DNA of 64,000 bases from the NCBI GenBank assembly GCA_013343275.1, contig CP046106.1:96001-160000 (forward strand), written 5' to 3'. Below are positions 56,497-64,000 of this stretch, in pieces. The position numbers and the translations under genes are program-made. The stretch is from Candidatus Nanohaloarchaea archaeon. Lineage in GTDB: Archaea > Nanohalarchaeota > Nanosalinia > Nanosalinales > Nanosalinaceae. The notes under the pieces are model-generated. The model ran no database searches. It was not told the origin of the DNA and was given only the letters and a program-made list of their open reading frames with translations. How positions within the stretch are numbered: position 1 is the stretch's first letter; each line of letters begins with the position of its first letter.

Positions 56497-57258
56497 TTGA
56501 TGGATGTCGAGGAACTCGGAAGACTGTGGGGATCTCTAGACGATATAGAAAACTACACGTACAGAGAGGTCCATGATAACGATAAACCGGATTTTGAAGG
56601 CCTGAAAGAAGGTTTCAACGATCTCGAGGATCTAAACCGTTTGAAAGCTGCTCTCGTAATGCTCCGCCAGAAGAAGGGAGCAAGTATAACCCAGAAGTTC
56701 GATAGCAAAAACTCTCTGGAGGAATTCGCGGACTTTCTATCAGAACAAGGCCTCCACGTCTGGACAGGAGTAGGCTTGGAGGAAGATGATTTCGTCTACG
56801 CAGAGGTCTTCCTCAGTTACCGGAGTCGGCCTAAAGGCTTCTTCGACAGCTACCAGGATATGAGGGATAAGAGACCGGCACAGTACCACAGAAAGATGGG
56901 AGAGTTCTTCGGCTACCCGGAGGAAAGCATAGAGGCCTTTCTCCGCAAGCCTTCGCTGCTGCAGAGGGCAAGAGAGTTCCTGGCCTACCATCTGGGACTG
57001 TCGCTGGAAAGGCAGAATATCAACGGGGTAAAGGAGTCTATAGAGAAGTACGGCGATGACTTATCTGACAGGCAGAAAAAAGATGTCAGGACCTTGATCT
57101 TCTACATGCTGGATGACTCCGAGCAAGCGTTTAACTGTGCCGTGGAGACTGCCGAGGCCCGCAGGGAAAGCCTGGAAGAACTGAGGGATGAGGAAGATGT
57201 AGATTTCACAGGCCTTCAGGAGAGTTATGCAGAGATGCTGGATGGTTTCGGGGAGTAG
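56497..57258 (+). CDS. Hypothetical protein with GxxxGYP motif
   Basis: MGEFFGYPEESIEAF. Confidence 0.65.
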   Translation: MMDVEELGRLWGSLDDIENYTYREVHDNDKPDFEGLKEGFNDLEDLNRLKAALVMLRQKKGASITQKFDSKNSLEEFADFLSEQGLHVWTGVGLEEDDFVYAEVFLSYRSRPKGFFDSYQDMRDKRPAQYHRKMGEFFGYPEESIEAFLRKPSLLQRAREFLAYHLGLSLERQNINGVKESIEKYGDDLSDRQKKDVRTLIFYMLDDSEQAFNCAVETAEARRESLEELRDEEDVDFTGLQESYAEMLDGFGE

Positions 57259-57298
57259 GTATACTTTCTTTAGTGCTGACTACTAATTTCTGGATAGA

Positions 57299-57658
57299 AT
57301 GGCTGTTGCTATTGTAGAGCTCAAGAACGACGTGAATCTAGGCCGGAACGCTACTGTTCAGCTGGAGGAGATGGGTGTGAACTCGAACACCTATACTGTC
57401 GACCAGCTGATGGATCTGCCTGGAGAGGTAGCAAGGAGACTGGAGGAGGCAGATGCGGTAATAGCTCTGGCAGATATGACCGACAGCAACTATATCTCGG
57501 AGGCCGTCTCCCAGATAATAAAGATAGATGCCGGTACAGAGAAACCGGTAGCAAAGGTACTAGATGAAAAAGGCGTTAGAGACAGGCACACATACCAGAG
57601 AGAGCTCAAAAGCCTTACAAACGAGAGAGCTGAAAGACTCGCCAGAGAAATAAACTGA
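57299..57658 (+). CDS. Degenerate archaeal riboflavin-synthase/lumazine-synthase-fold protein
   Basis: VAIV..NLG..YTVDQLMDLPGEVARRLEE.DAVIAL resembles RibC YTVPGIKDLPVAAKKLIEE..DIVMALG. Confidence 0.5.
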   Translation: MAVAIVELKNDVNLGRNATVQLEEMGVNSNTYTVDQLMDLPGEVARRLEEADAVIALADMTDSNYISEAVSQIIKIDAGTEKPVAKVLDEKGVRDRHTYQRELKSLTNERAERLAREIN

Positions 57659-57691
57659 CTACTTAAAAATAAAACCTCAAACTGAAACTCT

Positions 57692-58519
57692 ATGGAACTA
57701 CCTGACAAATCCAGCATACTAGGCCTCGCTCTAACACTAGTATTCATAGCTACATCCATATACACTTTCTCAACAACTCCAAAAGTAGTAACTATAGGCT
57801 TTGTAGCATTTGCAGCAATGATGATGGGAGGCCTCCTGGCACTTAGAGATATCAAGTCTCACAAAATGATAGTCTGGCTCTACGGAATGTCAGGTGGCGC
57901 AGCCTTCGCATCGGTAATGCTTTTCATACTGCCACAGGCCCTCAACTTATCCAAAAACTTTGGAGCAGCAGGAATAATCGCAGGTTTCCTGGCAGGGCTT
58001 GTACTTCACTCGGCAAGCCACAGACTTACACACAGCGTGACAAAAGGCCACAGCAGCCTCTGGTCTGTATCCCTGCACTCGATAACAGCAGGACTTATTA
58101 TAGGCCTGATCTACAACCAGATGCCGTCCGCAGCACTAACACTCGGCCTTGCAATAGTATCACACAAGCTTCCAGCAGGATACATGGTTGCTGACAGATT
58201 GAAGAGAGATAGGGAATCCTTCTGGATGAAACTTCTACTGCCAGCATCAGGCATCGGAGCAATGGCCTCCCTTGTCAATATCTTCTCTGTTTCACTGGGA
58301 ACTACTTCGAGAGCACTGTTCTTCGGTTTCTCGGCCGGAATATTTCTTCACCTTGCGCTTGACTTCATACCGAACCCGGAGCCGGAATCGCATCTACGGA
58401 AAATCCTTACCGGCGATGAAGACCCGCATCACCACGAACTTGACGAAATCACAATACACTGCCTGGCCTCGACAATTATAGGGGCAGCAGTAATAATACT
58501 TGCAGCATTAACAGTTTAG
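57692..58519 (+). CDS. ZIP family metal transporter
   Basis: LHSITAG, VSHKLPAG, GFSAGIFLHLA. Confidence 0.9.
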   Translation: MELPDKSSILGLALTLVFIATSIYTFSTTPKVVTIGFVAFAAMMMGGLLALRDIKSHKMIVWLYGMSGGAAFASVMLFILPQALNLSKNFGAAGIIAGFLAGLVLHSASHRLTHSVTKGHSSLWSVSLHSITAGLIIGLIYNQMPSAALTLGLAIVSHKLPAGYMVADRLKRDRESFWMKLLLPASGIGAMASLVNIFSVSLGTTSRALFFGFSAGIFLHLALDFIPNPEPESHLRKILTGDEDPHHHELDEITIHCLASTIIGAAVIILAALTV

Positions 58520-58530
58520 GAGGGGGAAAG

Positions 58531-59679
58531 TTGATGATACGTGACTCTCTACACGGATATATACAGCCAAGTGAGGAGGAGTGGGCGGTGCTTGACTCGC
58601 CGGAAATGCAGAGACTTAGAAGAATAAGACAGATGGGGCTATCACCTCTGGTATATCCTTCTGGCACACATACCCGTTTCCAGCACTCTCTGGGCGTGAT
58701 GCATATTGCAGGTAGATTTGCGGAAAGTTTAAACCTCAACGAACAGAGAACCAAGGAAGTCAGAATGGCAGGACTACTGCACGACATTGGTCATGGTCCT
58801 TTCAGCCATGCCTCTGAAACAGTGGCGGAGCAGAAAGGCCTTTCCCATGAGGAAATCTCCTGTAGAAAGGTCGATAAGCTGGAAGACAAGTTCTCTGTAT
58901 CTGCGGACAGAGTCAAGAAAATGATAAGAGGTGAGCTAGAGGTAGGGCAGATAGTAGCAGGCGATATCGATGCAGACAGGATGGACTATCTACAGAGGGA
59001 TGCGCATACTTCAGGTGTGGAGTACGGCCATATAGATTCAGATACTATTATACGGCTGGCTCAGATAGACTCTCGCAGACTTGTATTCGACTACAAGGCA
59101 GTTCAGGCGCTGGAAGCACTTCTAACAGCCCGCTTCCATATGATAAAATCGGTTTATGTCCACGATACTTCAAGGATAGCGGAGAAAATGCTGGAGAGGG
59201 CTCTGGAGGACTATGTTCAGAAGAACTCTCTGGAGAAAATGATGGGTATGGATGACTACACTGCCCATACTGAACTCCTCAACTCAAGCGGAGTTGCCGA
59301 GAAATATTACTCAAGAATCAAGGACCGGAAACTGTTTAAGACAGCGCTCAGCTGGGACGTGGAAAACCGTTCAAGAGAGGAGCTGGAACGTCTGGAGGAA
59401 AAGATAGATGAGAAACAACTGGAGAAGGAGATTGCTGAAACAGCAGCCGTGCCGCAGGAAAAAGTAATTACAAGCAAACCCTGGACGCCTGAAATCAAGG
59501 ATATTGATATAAAAGTGAAGAGAGGTTCCAAGGTCCAGAAACTCTCCAGCTACTCTCCGATACCAGAAGCACTTAGCAGGGCCGAATGGAGACTGGTCGA
59601 TATGAACGTGTACACAGATCAGGCTCGTAAAGCAAAAGTCAGGGAAGCCGCGGAACAGGTACTTGAGGAAAAGCTATGA
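58531..59679 (+). CDS. HD-domain phosphohydrolase (dNTPase/SAMHD1-like)
   Basis: QRLRRIRQMG, HTRFQHSLG, LLHDIGHGPFSH, DADRMDYL. Confidence 0.92.
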   Translation: MMIRDSLHGYIQPSEEEWAVLDSPEMQRLRRIRQMGLSPLVYPSGTHTRFQHSLGVMHIAGRFAESLNLNEQRTKEVRMAGLLHDIGHGPFSHASETVAEQKGLSHEEISCRKVDKLEDKFSVSADRVKKMIRGELEVGQIVAGDIDADRMDYLQRDAHTSGVEYGHIDSDTIIRLAQIDSRRLVFDYKAVQALEALLTARFHMIKSVYVHDTSRIAEKMLERALEDYVQKNSLEKMMGMDDYTAHTELLNSSGVAEKYYSRIKDRKLFKTALSWDVENRSREELERLEEKIDEKQLEKEIAETAAVPQEKVITSKPWTPEIKDIDIKVKRGSKVQKLSSYSPIPEALSRAEWRLVDMNVYTDQARKAKVREAAEQVLEEKL

Positions 59680-60200
59680 CTCTCAATGTAGAGAAATACC
59701 TGGAACTCTACAGTGAGACACAGGGCCTCATGCCAGAGAAACTGCAGGAATACGGCGAAAAATATCGGGAGCAAGGCCATCTGACTCAGGATCAGCTATA
59801 TGAGATAGCGTATGAGTCATCGACTAGAAGCGCCTACCACGTCAGAAAGAATCCGGAGAAAATCTGTCGGGAGGTAACAACCAACATTCTTGGGGCCGAA
59901 GGCGATTTCTCGAAAATCGCACTGGCCTCGTCGCTGAAAGGGTTCAAGGCCCCAACAGCTTCCTGCATACTCACCGCACTAAACCCGGAGAAACACGCAG
60001 TAGTTGACACCCGGGTATGGGCCTCGCTAGAACGGTTTGGAGGCCTGGAAAGGAGAAAAGAGAGCTTCGGCCCGTTCGACTACATAGAAATGATAAAGCC
60101 TATTCGGGAAATCGCGGAGGAGCAAGGCTATTCAGCAGCCGAGATAGGATATGCGCTGTTCGCCCACGACTACGACAAAAGAGAAGGAACACTCCACTGA
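59676..60200 (+). CDS. HhH-glycosylase-like protein
   Basis: LKGFKAPTASCILT..P...VVDTRVW. Confidence 0.6.
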   Translation: MTLNVEKYLELYSETQGLMPEKLQEYGEKYREQGHLTQDQLYEIAYESSTRSAYHVRKNPEKICREVTTNILGAEGDFSKIALASSLKGFKAPTASCILTALNPEKHAVVDTRVWASLERFGGLERRKESFGPFDYIEMIKPIREIAEEQGYSAAEIGYALFAHDYDKREGTLH

Positions 60201-60249
60201 TATGGTTTAAAAGAATTCACTTCAAACCAGTTCAACACAGGCCTCGAAT

Positions 60250-60340
60250 GCCATTTCTCTGGAAATGGCCTCAGCTTGATCAAACTTAGCTCGAAAGTTT
60301 GGCGAGGGTCGAAAACTCTAAAGAGTTTTCTTGGCCCACA
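60250..60340 (+). ncRNA. Structured RNA or long leader upstream of tRNA-Pro
   Basis: Three consecutive hairpins downstream of TTTAAAA (60206). Confidence 0.4.
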
Positions 60341-60354
60341 CAAGATTAAATCTT

Positions 60355-60427
60355 GGCGGGATGGTGTAGTGGACTATCATTGGCCGTTTGGGACGGCCAG
60401 ACCCCGGTTCAAATCCGGGTCCTGCCA
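60355..60427 (+). tRNA. tRNA-Pro(TGG)
   Basis: Cloverleaf; anticodon arm GGCCG-TTTGGGA-CGGCC. Confidence 0.95.
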
Positions 60428-60576
60428 AAATTTATTCCTTAGCTGTTTTTCTCCCTAAGTTTTTGTGTGCGTGGATATAGGATCTGTTATTTTAGATAAA
60501 GTATCAACTGCACTCGTATCGAAAAAGTTTTTAACTATTTTCGAGTGATAACCTCTTATGAATCTGGAAAATTCTG

Positions 60577-61791
60577 GTGGGTACGAAAAGCAGTCCGGAA
60601 CTACCCGGCTGGCTTGATGAAGAGGCCTACAGTAATCATAGAGATACTGTTGAATATTGCTATGAGAATGGCTGGATAACAGGTCTGGCTGTAGCTCTTG
60701 ATACTTTCTTTCAAACTTGGTCTAGGAATGAATTAGCTGATCGTCCTGATTTTGAGCTGGTTGATACTGATGAAGGGTATTCGGCTCTGCAGGAGGAAGG
60801 CGAAGAAGTTAGGTATAGCGAACTTTACGATAGACTACTGCAGGCGCAGGATCTAGGATCAGAGTTTCTGCAGAACAGCCCATCTAACCCAGCTCAGGTA
60901 CTGGATAATGTATCAATGATAAGGAATGTAGCAACTCATAGAGCATCGGATGATGGTGATGGCTACTATGCGGAACCTCCTCTGGATGAAGAGGGCGATT
61001 TCTTTGATTATACTGAGGAAGGTTTGATTGACGCCAGTCCGGAAGATGCGGTAAACATTTATGAGGAGATTCTGGGGATTTCGGAAGAGGAGTCATTAAT
61101 GCAACGGGGGATGGGAGATGCAGAAATGAGCTTTTATGGTGAAGAGATTCTATCTAGCCCTGATATTGATACTGTGCTGGATACGGATTCAGAGGAGTCT
61201 AACTCTTCTGGAATAAACTACCTAAACTCTATAGCCTCTGCAATGTATCATGGATTAGGAAGCCCGCATTTGAATGAAACTTCCAGAAACGGCTATACTA
61301 CCCGCTATAATCCAGCTCAGCCTGCAGCAGCTATATTGTTTTGTAACTGGTTTGAACAGACTATACCTGAGTTGGTTGAAAGTGAATACCGATCCCAGGG
61401 TTTAGATGAAAGCATTCTCCCTGATGAGAGTCCTGAAAGAGATAATCAGGTCTTCCTGAGTGATTGGGTTGAGGAAGATATAATCTCTGACCTCGATATT
61501 TTGCCGACAACTGCCTACCCTAATGCTCTTGAAAACCCTCAACAGAGACTTCAAGACCTAGATGATCTAGCGCAAGATTTCAGGCACAACTTGAACTCTT
61601 ATGGAAGAATAGAGGATCTAGAGGTAAGAGATAACATATGGCATGCCTACGAGATGATGCATCTCATGAGCGACCGGGAAGGCCATACAACCAACAATTT
61701 CGAATTATTCGGAGAAGAGGCCGAACAACAGAGAAGATCCAGGCCCTATATGTTGAAGACAGAGAGACTTTCCCGATGGCCCAGTTCTTAG
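60577..61791 (+). CDS. Tandem HEPN-like protein
   Basis: AVALDTFFQ...IRNVATH...AVNIYEEILGI, then AAILFCNWFE...FRHNLNSYG/VRDNIWH; start codon uncertain. Confidence 0.55.
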   Translation: MGTKSSPELPGWLDEEAYSNHRDTVEYCYENGWITGLAVALDTFFQTWSRNELADRPDFELVDTDEGYSALQEEGEEVRYSELYDRLLQAQDLGSEFLQNSPSNPAQVLDNVSMIRNVATHRASDDGDGYYAEPPLDEEGDFFDYTEEGLIDASPEDAVNIYEEILGISEEESLMQRGMGDAEMSFYGEEILSSPDIDTVLDTDSEESNSSGINYLNSIASAMYHGLGSPHLNETSRNGYTTRYNPAQPAAAILFCNWFEQTIPELVESEYRSQGLDESILPDESPERDNQVFLSDWVEEDIISDLDILPTTAYPNALENPQQRLQDLDDLAQDFRHNLNSYGRIEDLEVRDNIWHAYEMMHLMSDREGHTTNNFELFGEEAEQQRRSRPYMLKTERLSRWPSS

Positions 61792-61838
61792 AACCGTACC
61801 CGATTGGATTTTTATCTTTTGAAGGTAACAAATATCTC

Positions 61839-62576
61839 ATGGAGCTAGGTATTCTTGGGCCTGAGGATCATGATGTTTTCGGGGAAGTAGCTGAGATCTT
61901 GAGTGATGGAGATGTATCTGTCGACTTTCTGGATCCAGAGAGCTATCATTCTCCAGAGGATCTTGAGAGTTACGATGGTGTTTTCCTGAAGAAGTCTAGA
62001 GAGCCTGGTTTCCGAACTTTAAAAGATGCTGAACTTGATGGCATACCTACTTTCAATGGTTTCTGTGCACATATGAAGACCAATCATAACCCTGGTTCTT
62101 ACTGGCATCTCAAGCAGGCAGGGCTCGATGTTCCCGAGGGTTCTTCTACAGGCCTGGACGGTGATGTAGTGGTGAAGCCGAGGACGGAGACTATGAGAGA
62201 GGAGCCCTGGAGAGAGCAGGATCCTGAACCTGATACTGATCACTTTTACCAGAGATTTATTGAAAACGGAGGTATAGACTACAAGCTCTATGTCACAGAT
62301 CTGGGGAGCGAGACAAATGTTACAGCGCTCTCAGCTGATTCCAAGCTTCTCTATAACCCTGACGAGAGAACCCAGATCGAAACAGATCAGGAGATGCAGG
62401 AGATCGGGGAAAAATGTGTAGAGGCCTTTGATGCAAGGATTTTAGGTATAGATCTGATAAGGCCGGATTCTGGTACCTATGTTGTAGATGTTAACGCTGC
62501 ACCGAGTTACAGAGGTACAGGTGATGAAGAAGTGGTTGCGGAAAGCCTTGAAGATTTCTTGTATGAAAATATTTAG
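61839..62576 (+). CDS. RimK/LysX-like ATP-grasp ligase
   Basis: VVVKP, YQRFIENGGIDYKLYV, GIDLI, VVDVNAAPSY; start moved to ATG 61839. Confidence 0.85.
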   Translation: MELGILGPEDHDVFGEVAEILSDGDVSVDFLDPESYHSPEDLESYDGVFLKKSREPGFRTLKDAELDGIPTFNGFCAHMKTNHNPGSYWHLKQAGLDVPEGSSTGLDGDVVVKPRTETMREEPWREQDPEPDTDHFYQRFIENGGIDYKLYVTDLGSETNVTALSADSKLLYNPDERTQIETDQEMQEIGEKCVEAFDARILGIDLIRPDSGTYVVDVNAAPSYRGTGDEEVVAESLEDFLYENI

Positions 62577-64000
62577 TCCAGCAAGTCTTTAACCTCTTCT
62601 ATTGAGCTCACCTGCAGAACTTCTTCCGCTTTACTTGACGACTTCTCCTGTTCTATCTCTTTAATCTCTGACTTTACGCCCGGTACTACTCCGGAGGACA
62701 TGCTTAATTCATCGAGACCGAGGCCGACAAGAAGTTCTGTTAGTTGAGGGTTTCCTGCCATTTCTCCGCACATTCCTACCCATGCATCGTTTTCACGGCC
62801 TTTCTCAACTGTCTGTTTAATTGAACGCAGTACTGAAGGGTAAAGAGGGTTCTGGAGCTCTGCTACTTCGCTGTCTGTTCTGGAAGCTGCCATGGTGTAC
62901 TGTGTGAGGTCGTTGGTGCCGATACTCAGGAAGTCTGCTCTCTCCGCCAGCTCACCTGCCATCTGAACTGTGGAAGGAGTCTCCACCATTAACCCAAGTT
63001 CAGGCCTCGCATAGTCTTTCTCTTCTTCCTCAAGTTCCTGTTCCAGCTCTTCTACTTTTTCTAGCGCGCTGTCGAACTCCTCTACGCTGGAAACCATAGG
63101 AAACATTACTCCGAGGTTGCTACCGTTCTCGGAAGCAGCTGCGCGGAGCAAGGCCTTCATCTGAGTATCGAACAGTTCTTCTCCCTCGCTGTCGAATGCC
63201 AGTCTTATACCTCTCTTTCCCAGGAATGGGTTGTCGGTTTCCTCAAGATCTAGATAAGGTACAGGTTTATCCCCGCCTATATCCATAGTTCTTACAATCA
63301 CTCTGTCGTCAGGGAACTGGTCCAGGGCATCTACATAGTTTTCGTAGTGTTCTTCCTCTGTAGGAGGCTGTTCACGATCCAGGAACATGAACTCTGTGCG
63401 GTAGAGGCCTATTCCATCTGCGCCTTTTTCAGCAGCTTGCTTAACTTCTTCATGGTTGGCTACATTGGCTGCGACTTCTATCTTTTTCCCGTCTCCGGTT
63501 GCAACGCGTTCTCTGATTACTTCTGCCTTTTCAGACTTCTTTACCTGCTTCAACTGCTCCTCACTGGGATCTACAACCACGTTTCCGTTTTCCCCATCTA
63601 CAAGCACTTCCTCTCCTTCCTTCAGGCCTTCCAGGGTTCCGGTACCGACTACAGCAGGGATGCCCATAGATTTCGATAGTATAGCTACGTGCGATGTTCT
63701 GCTCCCTTTTGCTGTTACCAGGCCCTCTACCTTTGATCTATCCATCTCAGAGGTATCGGACGGCTTCAGGTTCTCGGCAACTATAACTGCTTCATCTGGA
63801 ATATCTGAGAGATTCGTACGCTCCTCGCCTACAAGGATACTGATCAGGCGATCCCTAACATCCCGCAGATCGTCCGCTCTCTCCTTCATACGGCCTTCCT
63901 GAGACTCCAGCTGACTGATAGGATCTTCGAACCCTTTCCTGACCGCGGCTTCTGCTGTAATGCCTTCCTCAATATTGTCCTCTATACCGGAGGTGATCTG
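62573..64000 (-). CDS. ptsI: PTS enzyme I (5' end outside window)
   Basis: SRTSHVAIL (phospho-His), GIGLYRTEF, RTMDIGGDK, SIGTNDLTQY, GMCGE; frame stays open to 64000. Confidence 0.95.
   Translation of the reverse strand, partial: QITSGIEDNIEEGITAEAAVRKGFEDPISQLESQEGRMKERADDLRDVRDRLISILVGEERTNLSDIPDEAVIVAENLKPSDTSEMDRSKVEGLVTAKGSRTSHVAILSKSMGIPAVVGTGTLEGLKEGEEVLVDGENGNVVVDPSEEQLKQVKKSEKAEVIRERVATGDGKKIEVAANVANHEEVKQAAEKGADGIGLYRTEFMFLDREQPPTEEEHYENYVDALDQFPDDRVIVRTMDIGGDKPVPYLDLEETDNPFLGKRGIRLAFDSEGEELFDTQMKALLRAAASENGSNLGVMFPMVSSVEEFDSALEKVEELEQELEEEEKDYARPELGLMVETPSTVQMAGELAERADFLSIGTNDLTQYTMAASRTDSEVAELQNPLYPSVLRSIKQTVEKGRENDAWVGMCGEMAGNPQLTELLVGLGLDELSMSSGVVPGVKSEIKEIEQEKSSSKAEEVLQVSSIEEVKDLLD

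Noticed and set aside
60577-61791. Compact Cas13-like effector
   Set aside because: No array nearby, only 404 aa, highly acidic, and the second HEPN motif is uncertain
61638-61838. N-terminal extension of the ATP-grasp ORF
   Set aside because: Overlaps the upstream gene out of frame; ATG 61839 after a TATA-like sequence is the more plausible start
1-64000. CRISPR array or cas genes
   Set aside because: No regularly spaced repeat-spacer pattern and no Cas motifs seen

Overview
Chromosomal window of a gene-dense halophilic archaeon with an acidic proteome. Gene content (two TFB paralogs, TBP, histone, MCM, Elp3, RNase P proteins, acVLRF1, oapABC) and moderate GC point to Nanohaloarchaeota (DPANN); this assignment is inferred. 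Positions 1-27 kb and 46-64 kb are mostly housekeeping, with four intronless tRNA genes (Lys-TTT, Ile-GAT, Thr-TGT, Pro-TGG). The main accessory feature is a tandem island in the 3' end of tRNA-Ile, where the 11-bp core GGGCCGGTCCA occurs three times (27324, 44487, 45905). These cores delimit (i) a 17.2-kb element with a Zn-ribbon tyrosine integrase, a host-derived MCM beside an iteron-like origin, a HerA/FtsK ATPase, regulators and defence-like cargo (HEPN, PD-(D/E)xK, AbiTii), whose backbone almost lacks CG dinucleotides, and (ii) a 1.4-kb integrase-less mini-cassette with a membrane-anchored Mrr nuclease and its own inverted att arms of identical geometry. Other highlights: a stand-alone class I LysRS catalytic-domain paralog with a remodelled pocket, a tandem-HEPN-like protein, three candidate structured RNAs, a strongly over-represented palindrome AGGCCT, a 50-bp perfect internal repeat in tbp, several unannotated microproteins and a PTS enzyme I. 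All counts were made by eye and no database searches were run.
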